Below, piece by piece: positions 9,636 through 20,033 of a stretch of 49,389 nt of DNA. A model generated the notes under the pieces. The model saw nothing but the letters and a program-made list of their open reading frames with translations. It searched no databases and was not told the origin of the DNA. This DNA is from a virus (Duplodnaviria > Caudoviricetes), in the IMG/VR virus record IMGVR_UViG_3300038674_000709, positions 1-49,389 of that record. One strand, written 5' to 3'. The position numbers and the translations under genes are program-made. Every line of letters begins with the position of its first letter. Position 1 is the first letter of the stretch.

Positions 9636-10976
9636 TTATACCTTCTTAATGTTCTGATTGAATCGCGCATAGGATGAGAACTCATATCCTGCTATTTCAG
9701 AAGTAATATTCTGACTGTAAGCGCCCGAATGAACCGTATATACCGTATTGGCCGCAAGCGTTGCCTGCCCCGTCGTCGTTTGCACCGTTCCGACGCTTCC
9801 GCTGCGGTTCAGAGTGTAAATCAATGCATTGTCAGTGGCCCTTCTTACCTCAACCCGGACCCAGGAATTGCTGTTTACCGAAGACCGGCTGTGCCATGAT
9901 CGCATCGTCAGGTGCAGAGTCGATGGACTGGACAGGGTAAACACGCCGATCTGCTTCATGGTTCCGTCCTGAACCAATTGGCCGTACCCGTGAGCCGTAT
10001 TCTCGGATATGTTTGCAAGAGCATCCAAACCCGCTATGTTTTCTCCGGCATTGAAGGAATCAAAGCTGATTTTGACTTCATTATTGGCAATATCGATGAT
10101 TTTTCGCCATCCCGAATTGTAGGTCGAAGTCCCCGGCGTACCGGAGGGCATTTCACTCCATACCGGTTTGCCGCTGCCGCGCCACCGTCCCTGAATGCCG
10201 CCTGCATTGATCCGCAGTTGGTAGCGAGCGGCTGCCGCCGTCGATTCGGCTCCGTTTTCGCCGCTTAGAGTTATCTCTCCGGCAAGGATTTGACCCAGAT
10301 TGGCATTGATGGCCGACAATGCACCGGAAAGCAGAGCACCGGCCATAATCACCTTAAACGGCGACGCAGGAATGGCCTTGAGTCCCTCCCGCTTGCATAA
10401 AAGCCAGTTCCCGGCGGTCACATTGATCGCAGTTGCCACATCATTCGTGCCGACAAGATTGATCAATCCGCCGCTGCTTGTTCCATTCCAATACACATAA
10501 TCATTATTCATGCCTGCCGAGTTGCCGTTCACCGTGTACGTCACACCGGCAAACTTCAGCGTTCCTGCTGTCCACCTCAAATTTCCGGAAACCACGCTGA
10601 ATCGAACGCCTGCAATCTCCGGAATATCGTCGCTCCAAGCGCCGCCGTCAGAGCCGTCTTTGCCGTCCTGACCCGGCTGTCCGTCCTGTCCGTCTTCTCC
10701 ATCAGCGCCACGAATCTGGATCGGGTCAGACCATGCAACATCGTCGTCAATCGCTGCGGCCAGTTTGACGCTCATCCACTTGCTGTTGGCTGTAGCGGTC
10801 GTGGACCATCCGCCCGTTTCGCCGTTGCCAATGGGGTTAACGGGTTTTGCGCTCAGGTCCGCTTCATGGTATGTAACCCATAGGCTTTTGCCGTCCGAGA
10901 CATCCGATTCGCCGATCTGTTCGCGCAGAAGACGCAACTGCTGCTGAATCCGGGTTAAATCCTGTTCTAATGTCAT
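9636..10976 (-). CDS. Tail fibre/spike-like protein with collagen-like repeat
   Basis: GADGEDGQDGQPGQDGKDGSDG repeat and beta-rich C-terminus. Start placed at ATG 10976, which overlaps the upstream stop (ATGA). Confidence 0.65.
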   Translation of the reverse strand: MTLEQDLTRIQQQLRLLREQIGESDVSDGKSLWVTYHEADLSAKPVNPIGNGETGGWSTTATANSKWMSVKLAAAIDDDVAWSDPIQIRGADGEDGQDGQPGQDGKDGSDGGAWSDDIPEIAGVRFSVVSGNLRWTAGTLKFAGVTYTVNGNSAGMNNDYVYWNGTSSGGLINLVGTNDVATAINVTAGNWLLCKREGLKAIPASPFKVIMAGALLSGALSAINANLGQILAGEITLSGENGAESTAAAARYQLRINAGGIQGRWRGSGKPVWSEMPSGTPGTSTYNSGWRKIIDIANNEVKISFDSFNAGENIAGLDALANISENTAHGYGQLVQDGTMKQIGVFTLSSPSTLHLTMRSWHSRSSVNSNSWVRVEVRRATDNALIYTLNRSGSVGTVQTTTGQATLAANTVYTVHSGAYSQNITSEIAGYEFSSYARFNQNIKKV

Positions 10977-12877
10977 CGCGTCCGCACCTGTCCGAACCTG
11001 ATCGCCTGCCCTGTAATGCGTTCTATTCCCCATGTCTGGCCCGCACCTGCGTTTCCAATGCGGATGGCGGCAAATACCCCTCTGCCGCGAAAACGCTTCT
11101 GAAATGAACGTCCCGGAGCCTTAACCTGCCCTTTGAATGAGCTTGTGTTTGCGTCACATTTTTCAATAACGCGTTCCGCCGTGCTGTCCAGAAAAACCGC
11201 ATATTCGATGTGGTCAGAATCCGGTATAGAGCCGCCCGCTCCGCCTCCGGCTGTTATGAATGTAAGGCTGTTCAAAACTGCATACAGGTCATAGCCATCG
11301 CTGATCCGAATCGGCCCCAGCAATGCCCAGCTATTGACCGGCTGCATGGAGGGGTCGGCCAGACTGCCTGTGTCATCATCCTTTTGCTTGTCATCAAACG
11401 TGCGGATGTGCCCATCGGCACATCCGATCAACAGCTTGCGGTATTCCGGTTCGTCTGCGTTGTAAAAGTGCAGCGAATAAGCGGAATCTTCATCGGGGTA
11501 AACTTCCGGAAAAAAACCGCGTGTGACGGAATCATACCAGTAGTTCACGTTAGTGTTGGCCTGAACATCCGTTACGCTTATCAGAATCCCCTTACGAACC
11601 TGATCGTATTCCAGCACAATCCGCTGTGTCGCGGGATTGAGTTTCAGATCATCGGTAAACGTCGGTATGACATCCTCGTCAACCAATGCTTCCGGCCTGC
11701 CCAGCGGGTAAGGAATCCGATATAGACCGGTGGTGTCCAAAACATACAGATTTTTGCGGTCATCCTTGCACCAGGCATCTTTGCTGATTACGCCGACCGT
11801 ATCATCCAGGTTGTCCAGCGAACCCCCGAAGGCAGGATCACCTCGCATCACCCACAAAGCTCCTACCGAACCCCAAATACAGTAATCATCTCCATAAGGA
11901 ATGCACGCGGTTACAATATCGCCGATTTTGCCTGCAAGTGACTGCTGACCAGCGACCGGAGATTGGGCATCCTCAGAGGCATACAAGGCATCATACGGGT
12001 CATCCTGCCGGATCAGATACCATTGGTGCGGATCGGCGGCATTGCCGCTCAGCGCCAGCCGGTTTCGGTATCGTTTCAGGATTGTTGCCCTTTCGGTAAG
12101 TTCTCCATAAAATACCGTATCGCCCGCATAGGTCGTCCAGTTGTAATGGTGCGGAGTGGTTGGTTCTGTCACGTTGGCAGCGGCGACTGCGGCCATGCCT
12201 CCGCCTGTAAGCTGATAGCCTACTTCAAATGCTTCCTGCGAGATCGTACGGCCGTAAATCGTCGTTTTGTCCGGCGAAATATAGTCCACAATCATCTGAG
12301 CGCCGGTAATCGCCTGAGAGATCACAGAACCGCGAGCCGGATAATTGGTCATTTCCGGAACATCGATGCGCGTATTCATGAAATCCACAACTTTCCTTAT
12401 CCTGCCATTGACGATATAGACCTTCTGCTGATATTCCTCCATACTCAAAGGGGTATCGGTATCCAGCGTCAGTCCTTCCAGTTCAACCATGCGCGGCGGC
12501 TTTTCGCTGTTTTCATACCAGAACCTATTGTTTGCCGCCGCGCAAAGGCGTTTTCTGTAATTGACCGCTACCGGCATGTCTGTTTCGGCAACCGTCAAAA
12601 ACGTCAGAACACCACTGTCCTCATCTTCCATTCCGGCTTTTTTTGCGACAATTCGCCAATAATAGGCTGTGCTGAAGGACAATGTTACACGAGGGTCAAA
12701 GGCTTTTGCGAAAACCTGTCCGCGATATGCCGCCGTCGATTTCTCCTGCACATCCGTGAGAACTGCACTGAAATAGACCTCATAAAAATCGCTGTCTGCC
12801 GTATCCCGCCAGGACAACAGCGGTTTGACGGTTACATTGATCCATTGATCAGCCGGTATGAAATCACACAATGCCAT
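10973..12877 (-). CDS. Tail nozzle/stabilisation protein (P22 gp10 / T7 gp12-like), main part
   Basis: 634 aa beta-propeller-like composition ('YRNRLALSG', 'GDIVTACIPYGDDY'), tail-module position. Confidence 0.65.
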   Translation of the reverse strand: MALCDFIPADQWINVTVKPLLSWRDTADSDFYEVYFSAVLTDVQEKSTAAYRGQVFAKAFDPRVTLSFSTAYYWRIVAKKAGMEDEDSGVLTFLTVAETDMPVAVNYRKRLCAAANNRFWYENSEKPPRMVELEGLTLDTDTPLSMEEYQQKVYIVNGRIRKVVDFMNTRIDVPEMTNYPARGSVISQAITGAQMIVDYISPDKTTIYGRTISQEAFEVGYQLTGGGMAAVAAANVTEPTTPHHYNWTTYAGDTVFYGELTERATILKRYRNRLALSGNAADPHQWYLIRQDDPYDALYASEDAQSPVAGQQSLAGKIGDIVTACIPYGDDYCIWGSVGALWVMRGDPAFGGSLDNLDDTVGVISKDAWCKDDRKNLYVLDTTGLYRIPYPLGRPEALVDEDVIPTFTDDLKLNPATQRIVLEYDQVRKGILISVTDVQANTNVNYWYDSVTRGFFPEVYPDEDSAYSLHFYNADEPEYRKLLIGCADGHIRTFDDKQKDDDTGSLADPSMQPVNSWALLGPIRISDGYDLYAVLNSLTFITAGGGAGGSIPDSDHIEYAVFLDSTAERVIEKCDANTSSFKGQVKAPGRSFQKRFRGRGVFAAIRIGNAGAGQTWGIERITGQAIRFGQVRTR

Positions 12878-13104
12878 TATGAAACCTCAACTGTGGTTAC
12901 TTGACACATGGCAACAACGGGACCGCCCAGGCATTCATTGAACTGTTTGGCAAGGCCCGGCCGCTGGCCGCCACGGGCGCGTTGTCCCAGCACCTCACGG
13001 GGCCGGACATTCAGCATTCTCGGACTGGTGAAGCTGGGCTGTGTGGATGCGGCAAAATTGGTATTTTTGCCCTTCATCGGAAAATGAAACTGGATTTTGT
13101 ACAT
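12877..13104 (-). CDS. Small tail protein resembling the N-terminal segment of nozzle proteins
   Basis: 75 aa MYKIQFHFPMKG...QP...LNVRP...RGGQRPGL; TAATG coupling to the next gene. Confidence 0.55.
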   Translation of the reverse strand: MYKIQFHFPMKGKNTNFAASTQPSFTSPRMLNVRPREVLGQRARGGQRPGLAKQFNECLGGPVVAMCQVTTVEVS

Positions 13105-13105
13105 G

Positions 13106-13432
13106 CTAAACCCCGTATGGAATACCAAGCATCTTTTTTCCGTTCCACTGAATGCGCGTAGCAAGCGTTACCGGAGAGCCAAGCGACGGAATCCCCTCAT
13201 AGATTGGAATGTCATATTCACCTGCGGGAAGCCCTTTCGGAAGCGTTACCGGCCAGCCGTTTACGGTAGGATCAATTTCGCCCAAATCGATCACCGTATC
13301 GGCAATATCAACGGGTCTTGCCAGTTTTCGGGTTACGACGCTCCATGCCATGCTGTCAATGACGCGGACAAGCCGGATTTTGGGTGCTGTCAAGACAACC
13401 CCCACCTGACTGTATAGGTTAAAATGTGCCAT
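13106..13432 (-). CDS. Hypothetical virion protein
   Basis: 108 aa, tightly packed in the tail operon. Confidence 0.55.
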   Translation of the reverse strand: MAHFNLYSQVGVVLTAPKIRLVRVIDSMAWSVVTRKLARPVDIADTVIDLGEIDPTVNGWPVTLPKGLPAGEYDIPIYEGIPSLGSPVTLATRIQWNGKKMLGIPYGV

Positions 13433-13450
13433 ACTGTGTCTCTCAAGCGG

Positions 13451-14722
13451 TTATAATGAATATAGTCTTCTTAAAAGTCCTTTTCTGAACAAGCCCGGCC
13501 CAAGCACATGGCCGCGCAGGAGTCGCGGCGGACTGGCAGCAGCCGGCGATTCTCTGGGATCAAGAAAGGGAAATCCGCCGTTAAGTCCGTCTTCTCTGTT
13601 CCACACTGTGGTAAAATCCCAACCGTTGTAACTGCCCGGGTCCCGACCCTGAACCAATGACAGCCTCTGGCCGGTTGCACTGACGCTTGCGGCATCATCA
13701 CTGATCCAATAACAATTTTTCACTGCCTGGCTGATACCGGTGTCATTTCCGGTAAATTGCCCCACTGCATTACGTCCTGTTGTCAGCCCCATTGAATAGC
13801 AGTTTTCAATGCTCAGATTAACATCCTGGAATACAAATCCGATAAAGCCGCCTGCGTTATCACAGTTAGCGCCGCCAACGACATTCCCTAAAGCATAGCA
13901 GTCTTTGATCAGCGTACTGCCGGACCAGTTCGCCACAGCCCCGATCAGTCCGCCATGATTAATAATCGATGGCCGAGACGTCTGCCCGACCATCTGAACA
14001 TCAGACCAGCAGCGTTCGACGATTCCGCCGGAAATCCGCCCGATTAACCCACCCTGATTATTGAATCGCGCATAATGTATGCCTGTTGCAGAACAATCCC
14101 TTACAGTGGTCATGCCCCAGGCATCGCCGATCAGTGTTCCGGACTGCCCGTCACCGTAAATAATGCTGTTTCGCAAATGAAGATTTTCTATCCTGGCGTT
14201 TTGAACCTGCCCGAAAAAACCTCGATCCGGCGTGTAAGCGGTCGCGGATCGCCAGCCGGATACTTTGTGTCCCTTGCCGTCGTAAATGCCGGTAAACCGA
14301 TTACTGGACGTACCAATCGGGTAAGTTTCCCATGAAGGCATCTGCAAGTCATTTACCTGTTCATAGTGGGCGGCCAGCGTTGAAGGAGTATAGCGAATCA
14401 TGTATAATTCTCCATACTCCTCAATAGGAATAATGGCGGTTTCGACAACCAGATCGTCCGCCCATACGCCGCTGTGATCGATCCAGGCTTCTTTGGCGGG
14501 GAAGATGTACTCGGATTCGGTAATTGCTGAGAAAATCAGTAAATAATCATCAAAGACGACATCATAGACAAGCCAGTTCCAATGCACCAGGCCGACTTGT
14601 TCTTCCCAAGTAGTTATTATTCCGCCCTGAAGACTCGTGTATGTTCCCCAGTTATCCACATAGATGCCGTTCATGTACAAATGGTTCAATCCAGACACTC
14701 TTATAACAGGTGGTCGGGTCAT
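13451..14722 (-). CDS. GLUG-repeat (beta-helix) protein, probable receptor-binding/adhesin
   Basis: FTGIYDGKGHKV, repeated GGLIG/GGFIG...NCY motifs, GWDFTTVW C-terminal motif. Confidence 0.7.
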   Translation of the reverse strand: MTRPPVIRVSGLNHLYMNGIYVDNWGTYTSLQGGIITTWEEQVGLVHWNWLVYDVVFDDYLLIFSAITESEYIFPAKEAWIDHSGVWADDLVVETAIIPIEEYGELYMIRYTPSTLAAHYEQVNDLQMPSWETYPIGTSSNRFTGIYDGKGHKVSGWRSATAYTPDRGFFGQVQNARIENLHLRNSIIYGDGQSGTLIGDAWGMTTVRDCSATGIHYARFNNQGGLIGRISGGIVERCWSDVQMVGQTSRPSIINHGGLIGAVANWSGSTLIKDCYALGNVVGGANCDNAGGFIGFVFQDVNLSIENCYSMGLTTGRNAVGQFTGNDTGISQAVKNCYWISDDAASVSATGQRLSLVQGRDPGSYNGWDFTTVWNREDGLNGGFPFLDPRESPAAASPPRLLRGHVLGPGLFRKGLLRRLYSL

Positions 14723-15051
14723 AAATGCCCTCCCTGCGGCGCTTCAAACGCTTCCGGATACAGATCGCGAAGGCGGGCCTCTTGTTCGGCCAGCCGCTGA
14801 ATTTCTTTTTCAATCACCAAATCCGGATGCGCTTCTATATACCGCATTTGGATCTCAATCACTTCACGCATGGAAGCATGGCGCAGAGACGATTTGCCTT
14901 CAGCCATAATCTGCATTGGCTGTTCTGCAAGAAATTCCTGCGCTTTGTTTTTTTGCATAATAAGATAGGCTTCTGCGCCTTCTTTGCTGCTTAAATCAGC
15001 AATCCGGTTATTCAGTTCAGCCGCAACCTGTTTGATCGCATCATAATTCAT
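14719..15051 (-). CDS. Hypothetical protein (helical)
   Basis: 110 aa; its stop overlaps the next start. Confidence 0.55.
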   Translation of the reverse strand: MNYDAIKQVAAELNNRIADLSSKEGAEAYLIMQKNKAQEFLAEQPMQIMAEGKSSLRHASMREVIEIQMRYIEAHPDLVIEKEIQRLAEQEARLRDLYPEAFEAPQGGHL

Positions 15052-15057
15052 GAACGA

Positions 15058-15486
15058 TTATGTCCCAATCAGCGCTTCTGCTGCAAACCAGTTGACCCCG
15101 TCGGATATGCACCAATAAACCTTGTTATTGCCTGTACCGGCGTTGCCTTTGACAGTTCTGAGCGCTCCAAGGCCTGCTGAGGCGGCAGCGCCGAGACGGG
15201 CCACCAGTTCGGCTTGCGTCGGAACGGCGGTAATACTGCCCGTGGCAATCGGTGATCTCAAATTGCCTTCAAAATCAGCTTGCGTATAAACCCGGAAAGC
15301 ACAGGACGTATTTGATCCGCGATTGATATAGAGCCCGGCATTTTCTCCAATCAGTTGAAACAGGCAGCCGTCTCCATATCCATCCTTGCCATCCGGGGGC
15401 AACTGTTTGCCCATATCAAGCATGATGCCGATGCCGGGAATAATGCTCGGCGTAAATTCCCTGAATCTTGCTGCTTTATAACCCAT
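15058..15486 (-). CDS. Hypothetical virion protein (head fibre-like)
   Basis: 142 aa, GAGG SD, C-terminal 'WCISDGVNW' typical of phage fibre/decoration domains. Confidence 0.5.
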   Translation of the reverse strand: MGYKAARFREFTPSIIPGIGIMLDMGKQLPPDGKDGYGDGCLFQLIGENAGLYINRGSNTSCAFRVYTQADFEGNLRSPIATGSITAVPTQAELVARLGAAASAGLGALRTVKGNAGTGNNKVYWCISDGVNWFAAEALIGT

Positions 15487-15507
15487 AAAACACCTCAGCT
15501 TTCTGTG

Positions 15508-16308
15508 CTAAATATTGCCTTTGTAAACGGCGATCACTCCGCTGTCTGTATGCCTTACAGGTCGGCCCGGACCCTCAGCATAGCGCATATCAGAATTGTC
15601 GCCGTTATATCCTAAGTTTTGAGGAGCCATTGTCGTCTGATCTTCGCGGATTGCGCTGGTCAGAGCGGCCATAAAGTCGTCCCATTTGGGACCGCGCCCT
15701 TCATTTTCCGTTGTTTCCGCCGCCGCCAGACAGCTTTTCATGATACAGTCGCCATAAGCCATCCCGCCCAGCGGATAACGATGATCCTTGTCAAGTGCGT
15801 TAACCTGGACAATCTTGTTGTATCGAATCGTGTATTCACCATTGGGAATAGGATAGAAAATAATCTCGAAGCGCTGTCCTGCATCCTGGAAAACAGCCGT
15901 TCCCTTGGGCCTGATCGCCGCCAGCATGGGAGCCTGCCGCGTGGATGACAATTGCCGCATCCGGCGAATTTCGCCTTCTGAAACGATTCTGACATCCGGC
16001 CTGCGTCCGGCCTGGTAGGTCATATAATGGCTGTCAATGCCGCCAAAATCATCCGGAAGATCGTAATCGCCTTTATCCAACTCAGTTGTGACCGAATCAA
16101 TGTGCGTCAAAAAACTCCAACGGTGCGGCAGTTCTCCGTCATAGACCTTCGGCGGCTTATAAAATTGCCTCAGTCCTCTTTTAATGATCAGATCGATAAT
16201 AGCGGCTTCTTCATCTGACCAGTCATCAGAAGATAAGCTAAGGCCCAAGTAATGGGCCACAGCCTGTTTGAGTTCTTCATAGGTAACCGAAAGCGTGGAT
16301 TCGCTCAT
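15508..16308 (-). CDS. Head-tail adaptor (tail tubular protein A-like)
   Basis: Start MSESTLSVTYEELKQAVAHYLG; 'RWSFL', 'YDLPDDF', 'FYPIPNGEYTI' motifs. Confidence 0.7.
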   Translation of the reverse strand: MSESTLSVTYEELKQAVAHYLGLSLSSDDWSDEEAAIIDLIIKRGLRQFYKPPKVYDGELPHRWSFLTHIDSVTTELDKGDYDLPDDFGGIDSHYMTYQAGRRPDVRIVSEGEIRRMRQLSSTRQAPMLAAIRPKGTAVFQDAGQRFEIIFYPIPNGEYTIRYNKIVQVNALDKDHRYPLGGMAYGDCIMKSCLAAAETTENEGRGPKWDDFMAALTSAIREDQTTMAPQNLGYNGDNSDMRYAEGPGRPVRHTDSGVIAVYKGNI

Positions 16309-16312
16309 TTGG

Positions 16313-16849
16313 CTACTCCACCTCATCCAGATCATCTTCATGAATCAGCAGCGGAGCTTCCCCATCTTCCATCTCCACCGTGTAAAACAGTTCGCCGTCA
16401 TGCCGCTCAGCATCCAAAATCACGCCGTTTGCAGCTTGGCGTTTGTGTAAAAAACTGACCATCGTGCCTCTGGCAAGCACTCCTTCATATTCGGAGTGGC
16501 TTTCTGATTCACCAGGCAATGCTGCGATCTGGTCTGCTGCCGGATGGTCGGCTGTTTCATCCGATGTGTTTTGCTCGGCAACATAGCAGTTCAACTCCGG
16601 ATTAAATCCGGCTGTAAGGAGCAACTGGGCAACCAGACCTGCGGCAAGCGGGGCGCTGACCCGATCTAACAGCTTTTTAAGCGTTAAAAACACATCCACA
16701 ACATCCGCGGGAATAGACCTGCTGCGTGTCATTTGCCGGATCATATCCGCCGTTGGTTTGCCAAGTACGGCATCTGCATCTTTTTCCATGTCAATTGTCC
16801 TTATGCTTGGGTTTGTATGTTCCGTGGGTTTGCCGGGCTGAGACACCAA
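16313..16849 (-). CDS. Hypothetical protein
   Basis: 178 aa, GAGGG SD with TTG start, acidic C-terminal SH3-like segment. Confidence 0.55.
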   Translation of the reverse strand: MVSQPGKPTEHTNPSIRTIDMEKDADAVLGKPTADMIRQMTRSRSIPADVVDVFLTLKKLLDRVSAPLAAGLVAQLLLTAGFNPELNCYVAEQNTSDETADHPAADQIAALPGESESHSEYEGVLARGTMVSFLHKRQAANGVILDAERHDGELFYTVEMEDGEAPLLIHEDDLDEVE

Positions 16850-16883
16850 TTTGTCTCAGCCCCTCAAGCAAACCCAAACGTGA

Positions 16884-17954
16884 TTATGCTTCAGTAAAGC
16901 CGCCAAGTCCGCGGCACTGCCACTTCACGCCGTTCCATTCAAGACGGCTGTGCCCGGCAATGTTTTTAGCCACACTCAGCGTGTTGATATTTGTGCCTGC
17001 GGCAAAGCCCAGACCGCCGCCGGCGATTGTAATCGCCAGCCCCGCCGTGCCGGCGTTTGCTGTGCCTGCGGTCAGGCGGAATTCTTTTTCCATGCCCTGA
17101 AACGCACCGCCGGCCAGTGCGATAGTGGAAGCGGCGGCAAGTGATACGGTTCCGATGATTCGTGTGACACCCCCTGTCTGCGGAGCAGGAGTTACCGCCG
17201 CTCCGGACACCGGCATCACAAAATCGACCAGTCCGCTTTCTTTGCCGTCGTACAGATACGCAAGTACCGTCGGATTGCCGCTGATTACATAGATCGCTAT
17301 GATCGCCCCGTTCGTGGCGCTGATCTGGCGGTCCACCACAGCCGTATTATCCGTTCGTGAAACGATGGTGTAATCGCCTGTCTCGGCGTTTTGCCCCCCG
17401 ACCACCACGATCTTGTCGCCTGTGACGGCATTTGCGAATAAACCTGTTTTGCTGACGGTCCGCGTCGCGGTCGCATACGCTGCCGTGCCGTCGATACTGG
17501 AACCGATAATGCCGCCGGGACCGGCAGGCCGCGTCTGCAAGGCAAGCGCCGTTCCTCGACCCGTTATTCCGGCTTCGATAAAAAGGCCAGGTTGCCCCTG
17601 TGTCACACATGTCAATTGTGTCGCTTTCAGGATCGTCGAAATGCCGACCGCGATTTCAGCACATCCGCCCGGCAATGCAAGTTCAACCATCTGCATCCCT
17701 GTCGAACGCGCAGGGTAGTCCTGCGTCAATACACCGGCGAATGCCATCTTGTTGCTGCCATTGGGCTTTTCAATGACGCGAAGGCCCCGAGCGCCGAACT
17801 TATCGGTTGCCGCTTCGCCCGCGTCCACAGTTGTGTAATCAAGATTAAAGCACATCCCGTGACCTTTAAAGAGCGCCTCCGTACCGAGATACACAAAGAG
17901 GCCTTTCTCCATATAGGGCTGTTTGCGGTAATTAACTAAATTTCGCATACTCAT
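16884..17954 (-). CDS. Capsid decoration/cement protein
   Basis: 356 aa G/A/T-rich protein directly after the major capsid gene. Confidence 0.55.
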   Translation of the reverse strand: MSMRNLVNYRKQPYMEKGLFVYLGTEALFKGHGMCFNLDYTTVDAGEAATDKFGARGLRVIEKPNGSNKMAFAGVLTQDYPARSTGMQMVELALPGGCAEIAVGISTILKATQLTCVTQGQPGLFIEAGITGRGTALALQTRPAGPGGIIGSSIDGTAAYATATRTVSKTGLFANAVTGDKIVVVGGQNAETGDYTIVSRTDNTAVVDRQISATNGAIIAIYVISGNPTVLAYLYDGKESGLVDFVMPVSGAAVTPAPQTGGVTRIIGTVSLAAASTIALAGGAFQGMEKEFRLTAGTANAGTAGLAITIAGGGLGFAAGTNINTLSVAKNIAGHSRLEWNGVKWQCRGLGGFTEA

Positions 17955-17988
17955 GTCTGTTTCTCCAAAGCAGAGTTAATGTTTAGCG

Positions 17989-19053
17989 TTACTTTGAGAT
18001 AACCCAGTTTGCACGCCGGTTTATGCACATGAACTGATAAGCGTGGTCAACATGAGAAACCAGAACGCGGTGCTGATTGGGCGCTTTTTCAAAGGGCGTT
18101 TGCGCCATGTTGTCGCCTTTGCGAACCACCGGATAAAAGTAAGCCATATCAATGCCGTAGATCGGATCACTGGTATCGGCATCCAGGTATTCGGCATAGA
18201 CGATGGGCTTCTGCTTGAACACGATGTCGCCGTCAGGCGTAGAGCGCAGGCCGCTGGTGCGTCCGCTGTTCATCGGGGCAATATCGCGGCCAAGGTTTTC
18301 GTTCTGCGATTCGCCAATGTTTTCAAATTCCTCAACAGTCGCTTCATTGGCCAGGATAATACGCCGATCCGTCGTGTCGCCTTTGAATCCGGCCTGCTTT
18401 TTGGGGGTTTTCCAATTTGTTCGCCGGTGTGCACGCCGCATCTTGGTGATCAGGTCCGGCTTGGAAACTGCCGCATAACTGTCCGTATAGTTCTGGAACT
18501 GAGGCACTTTGGTCAGGTTCAGATTGGCAATAGTGCTAAAGCCAGCCGGGTATCCTCCGTTGAATCCGGCAACGGGATTTTTCACAATCCAGTACTTCAA
18601 GCCCCAGGGCGTAAAGTCGTCATCCGCATCGGGAGACTTAAAAAAGGCTTCTTCCATCGTCTCAATCATGCGCAAAAAGAGCGCCCGCTTTTTCGGCTTG
18701 ATGCAGTTTTCAATCATCTGCTCGCCGCGGTTAGCCCTCAGTTCCCCGATGGAATACGCCACATTGTCCGTCATCAGACAGAAATCGACCCGCAGCTTAT
18801 CGAGGTGATCGATCACAGTGATCACGTCTTCGTCGTATTCCCCGACGAACCGACTTCTTCCGCCGTGTTCGATCATCAAAATCTGGCCGATTCCAACGCC
18901 GCCGCCGATCTCCCGCAATCCGCCCTGCTTGGTCATGAAGAACGGCATTACGATGTAGTCATGCAGTTCCTGGGACACGTCCACTACGCCAACCTGAATG
19001 TTGTCATATGTCGTGGTCAGCAGGTCTGCAATCTGGTTATATTTAATACGCAT
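17989..19053 (-). CDS. Major capsid protein
   Basis: 354 aa, follows the scaffold gene; 'TPWGLKYWI', 'PIYGID', 'CINRRANWVI' resemble HK97-fold podovirus capsids. Confidence 0.8.
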   Translation of the reverse strand: MRIKYNQIADLLTTTYDNIQVGVVDVSQELHDYIVMPFFMTKQGGLREIGGGVGIGQILMIEHGGRSRFVGEYDEDVITVIDHLDKLRVDFCLMTDNVAYSIGELRANRGEQMIENCIKPKKRALFLRMIETMEEAFFKSPDADDDFTPWGLKYWIVKNPVAGFNGGYPAGFSTIANLNLTKVPQFQNYTDSYAAVSKPDLITKMRRAHRRTNWKTPKKQAGFKGDTTDRRIILANEATVEEFENIGESQNENLGRDIAPMNSGRTSGLRSTPDGDIVFKQKPIVYAEYLDADTSDPIYGIDMAYFYPVVRKGDNMAQTPFEKAPNQHRVLVSHVDHAYQFMCINRRANWVISK

Positions 19054-19082
19054 AGTTCTATTTCCTTCAGATTACCGGCTGT

Positions 19083-20012
19083 CTATTCCGCCAAAATCCG
19101 ACTTAGTTCACGTACGGACTGCTTGGCAACAGCCGCTTTTGTTGCTGGTTTCTGATTTCCGCCGCCCGGAAGCCCAATACTTGCACCGGCTCTTTTCCGC
19201 AGAGCCGCAGCCACATCGGTATTGCTTCTGGCGGTAACTGTTTGGCCGGTTACGTTGTAAACGGCACGCGCAAATAATGTTTCAATCGGCGGAGCTTGCT
19301 TGCCTGTGGCTCTGTAGCCTTCGCGCATGGCCGCCATCTCCGAAATGACTGCCGCCCTTTGCTTGAATTCCGCGCCGGATTGGTCGAGAGAGAGCGTCTG
19401 GCCCGTACCGAAAATGCCGAAAAACTCATCCCCCAAAGCGCCGATGCGTCTGTCAAAATCCTCAAACGCCCGGTCGCTTCCGGCAGTCTGCCTTAACTGA
19501 AGGTTTTCGGCTTCAAGCTGTTCCAGACGGCTGCCGATCTTATTGAGCCTTTCGATCATGCGCGGGTCAAAGCCTTCTTCCAATAAATCGTCGAACATCA
19601 GCTTCTCGGATTCTTTGGCAGCCGACGTCTCTTTGGCCGGCGTCAGATTGCCTGCATCCGTCCGTTTGGCGGCTTCCAGGGCCGCTACCGCCTTTTCCAA
19701 GTCCTTACCGGAACTGAATGCTCTGGCATCCGCGAGTGTAAAACCTGCTTTGACGGCACGTTCCAGAAGGGAATCATCAACCTTTGGCGTTCCATCATCT
19801 TTCGACGGATCGGATTTCACATCGATCCGGTTATCATCTTCCGATTCGGGCATCTCATCGTCCGCATCGGTTTGACTTTCATGTCCAAGTAAATCCGACA
19901 GGCTGTTGAGACTGTCCTTTAATTCTGCGGTCATTTCTTCGGGTGCTGTCTGCCGGACGTCATCCGTCGCAGGGTCCTGTGTAGGTTCATTCATGTTTTC
20001 ATCGTGAGCCAT
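19083..20012 (-). CDS. Capsid scaffolding protein
   Basis: 309 aa, acidic disordered N-terminus, coiled coil, basic C-terminal helix; precedes the capsid gene. Confidence 0.7.
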   Translation of the reverse strand: MAHDENMNEPTQDPATDDVRQTAPEEMTAELKDSLNSLSDLLGHESQTDADDEMPESEDDNRIDVKSDPSKDDGTPKVDDSLLERAVKAGFTLADARAFSSGKDLEKAVAALEAAKRTDAGNLTPAKETSAAKESEKLMFDDLLEEGFDPRMIERLNKIGSRLEQLEAENLQLRQTAGSDRAFEDFDRRIGALGDEFFGIFGTGQTLSLDQSGAEFKQRAAVISEMAAMREGYRATGKQAPPIETLFARAVYNVTGQTVTARSNTDVAAALRKRAGASIGLPGGGNQKPATKAAVAKQSVRELSRILAE

Positions 20013-20033
20013 TGCTGTACTCCTATTGTTGGT

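Noticed and set aside
9636-11033. Longer annotated starts (11033, also 16341, 22428, 44833, 46742)
   Set aside because: They overlap upstream genes or terminators; downstream starts have RBS or stop-start coupling.
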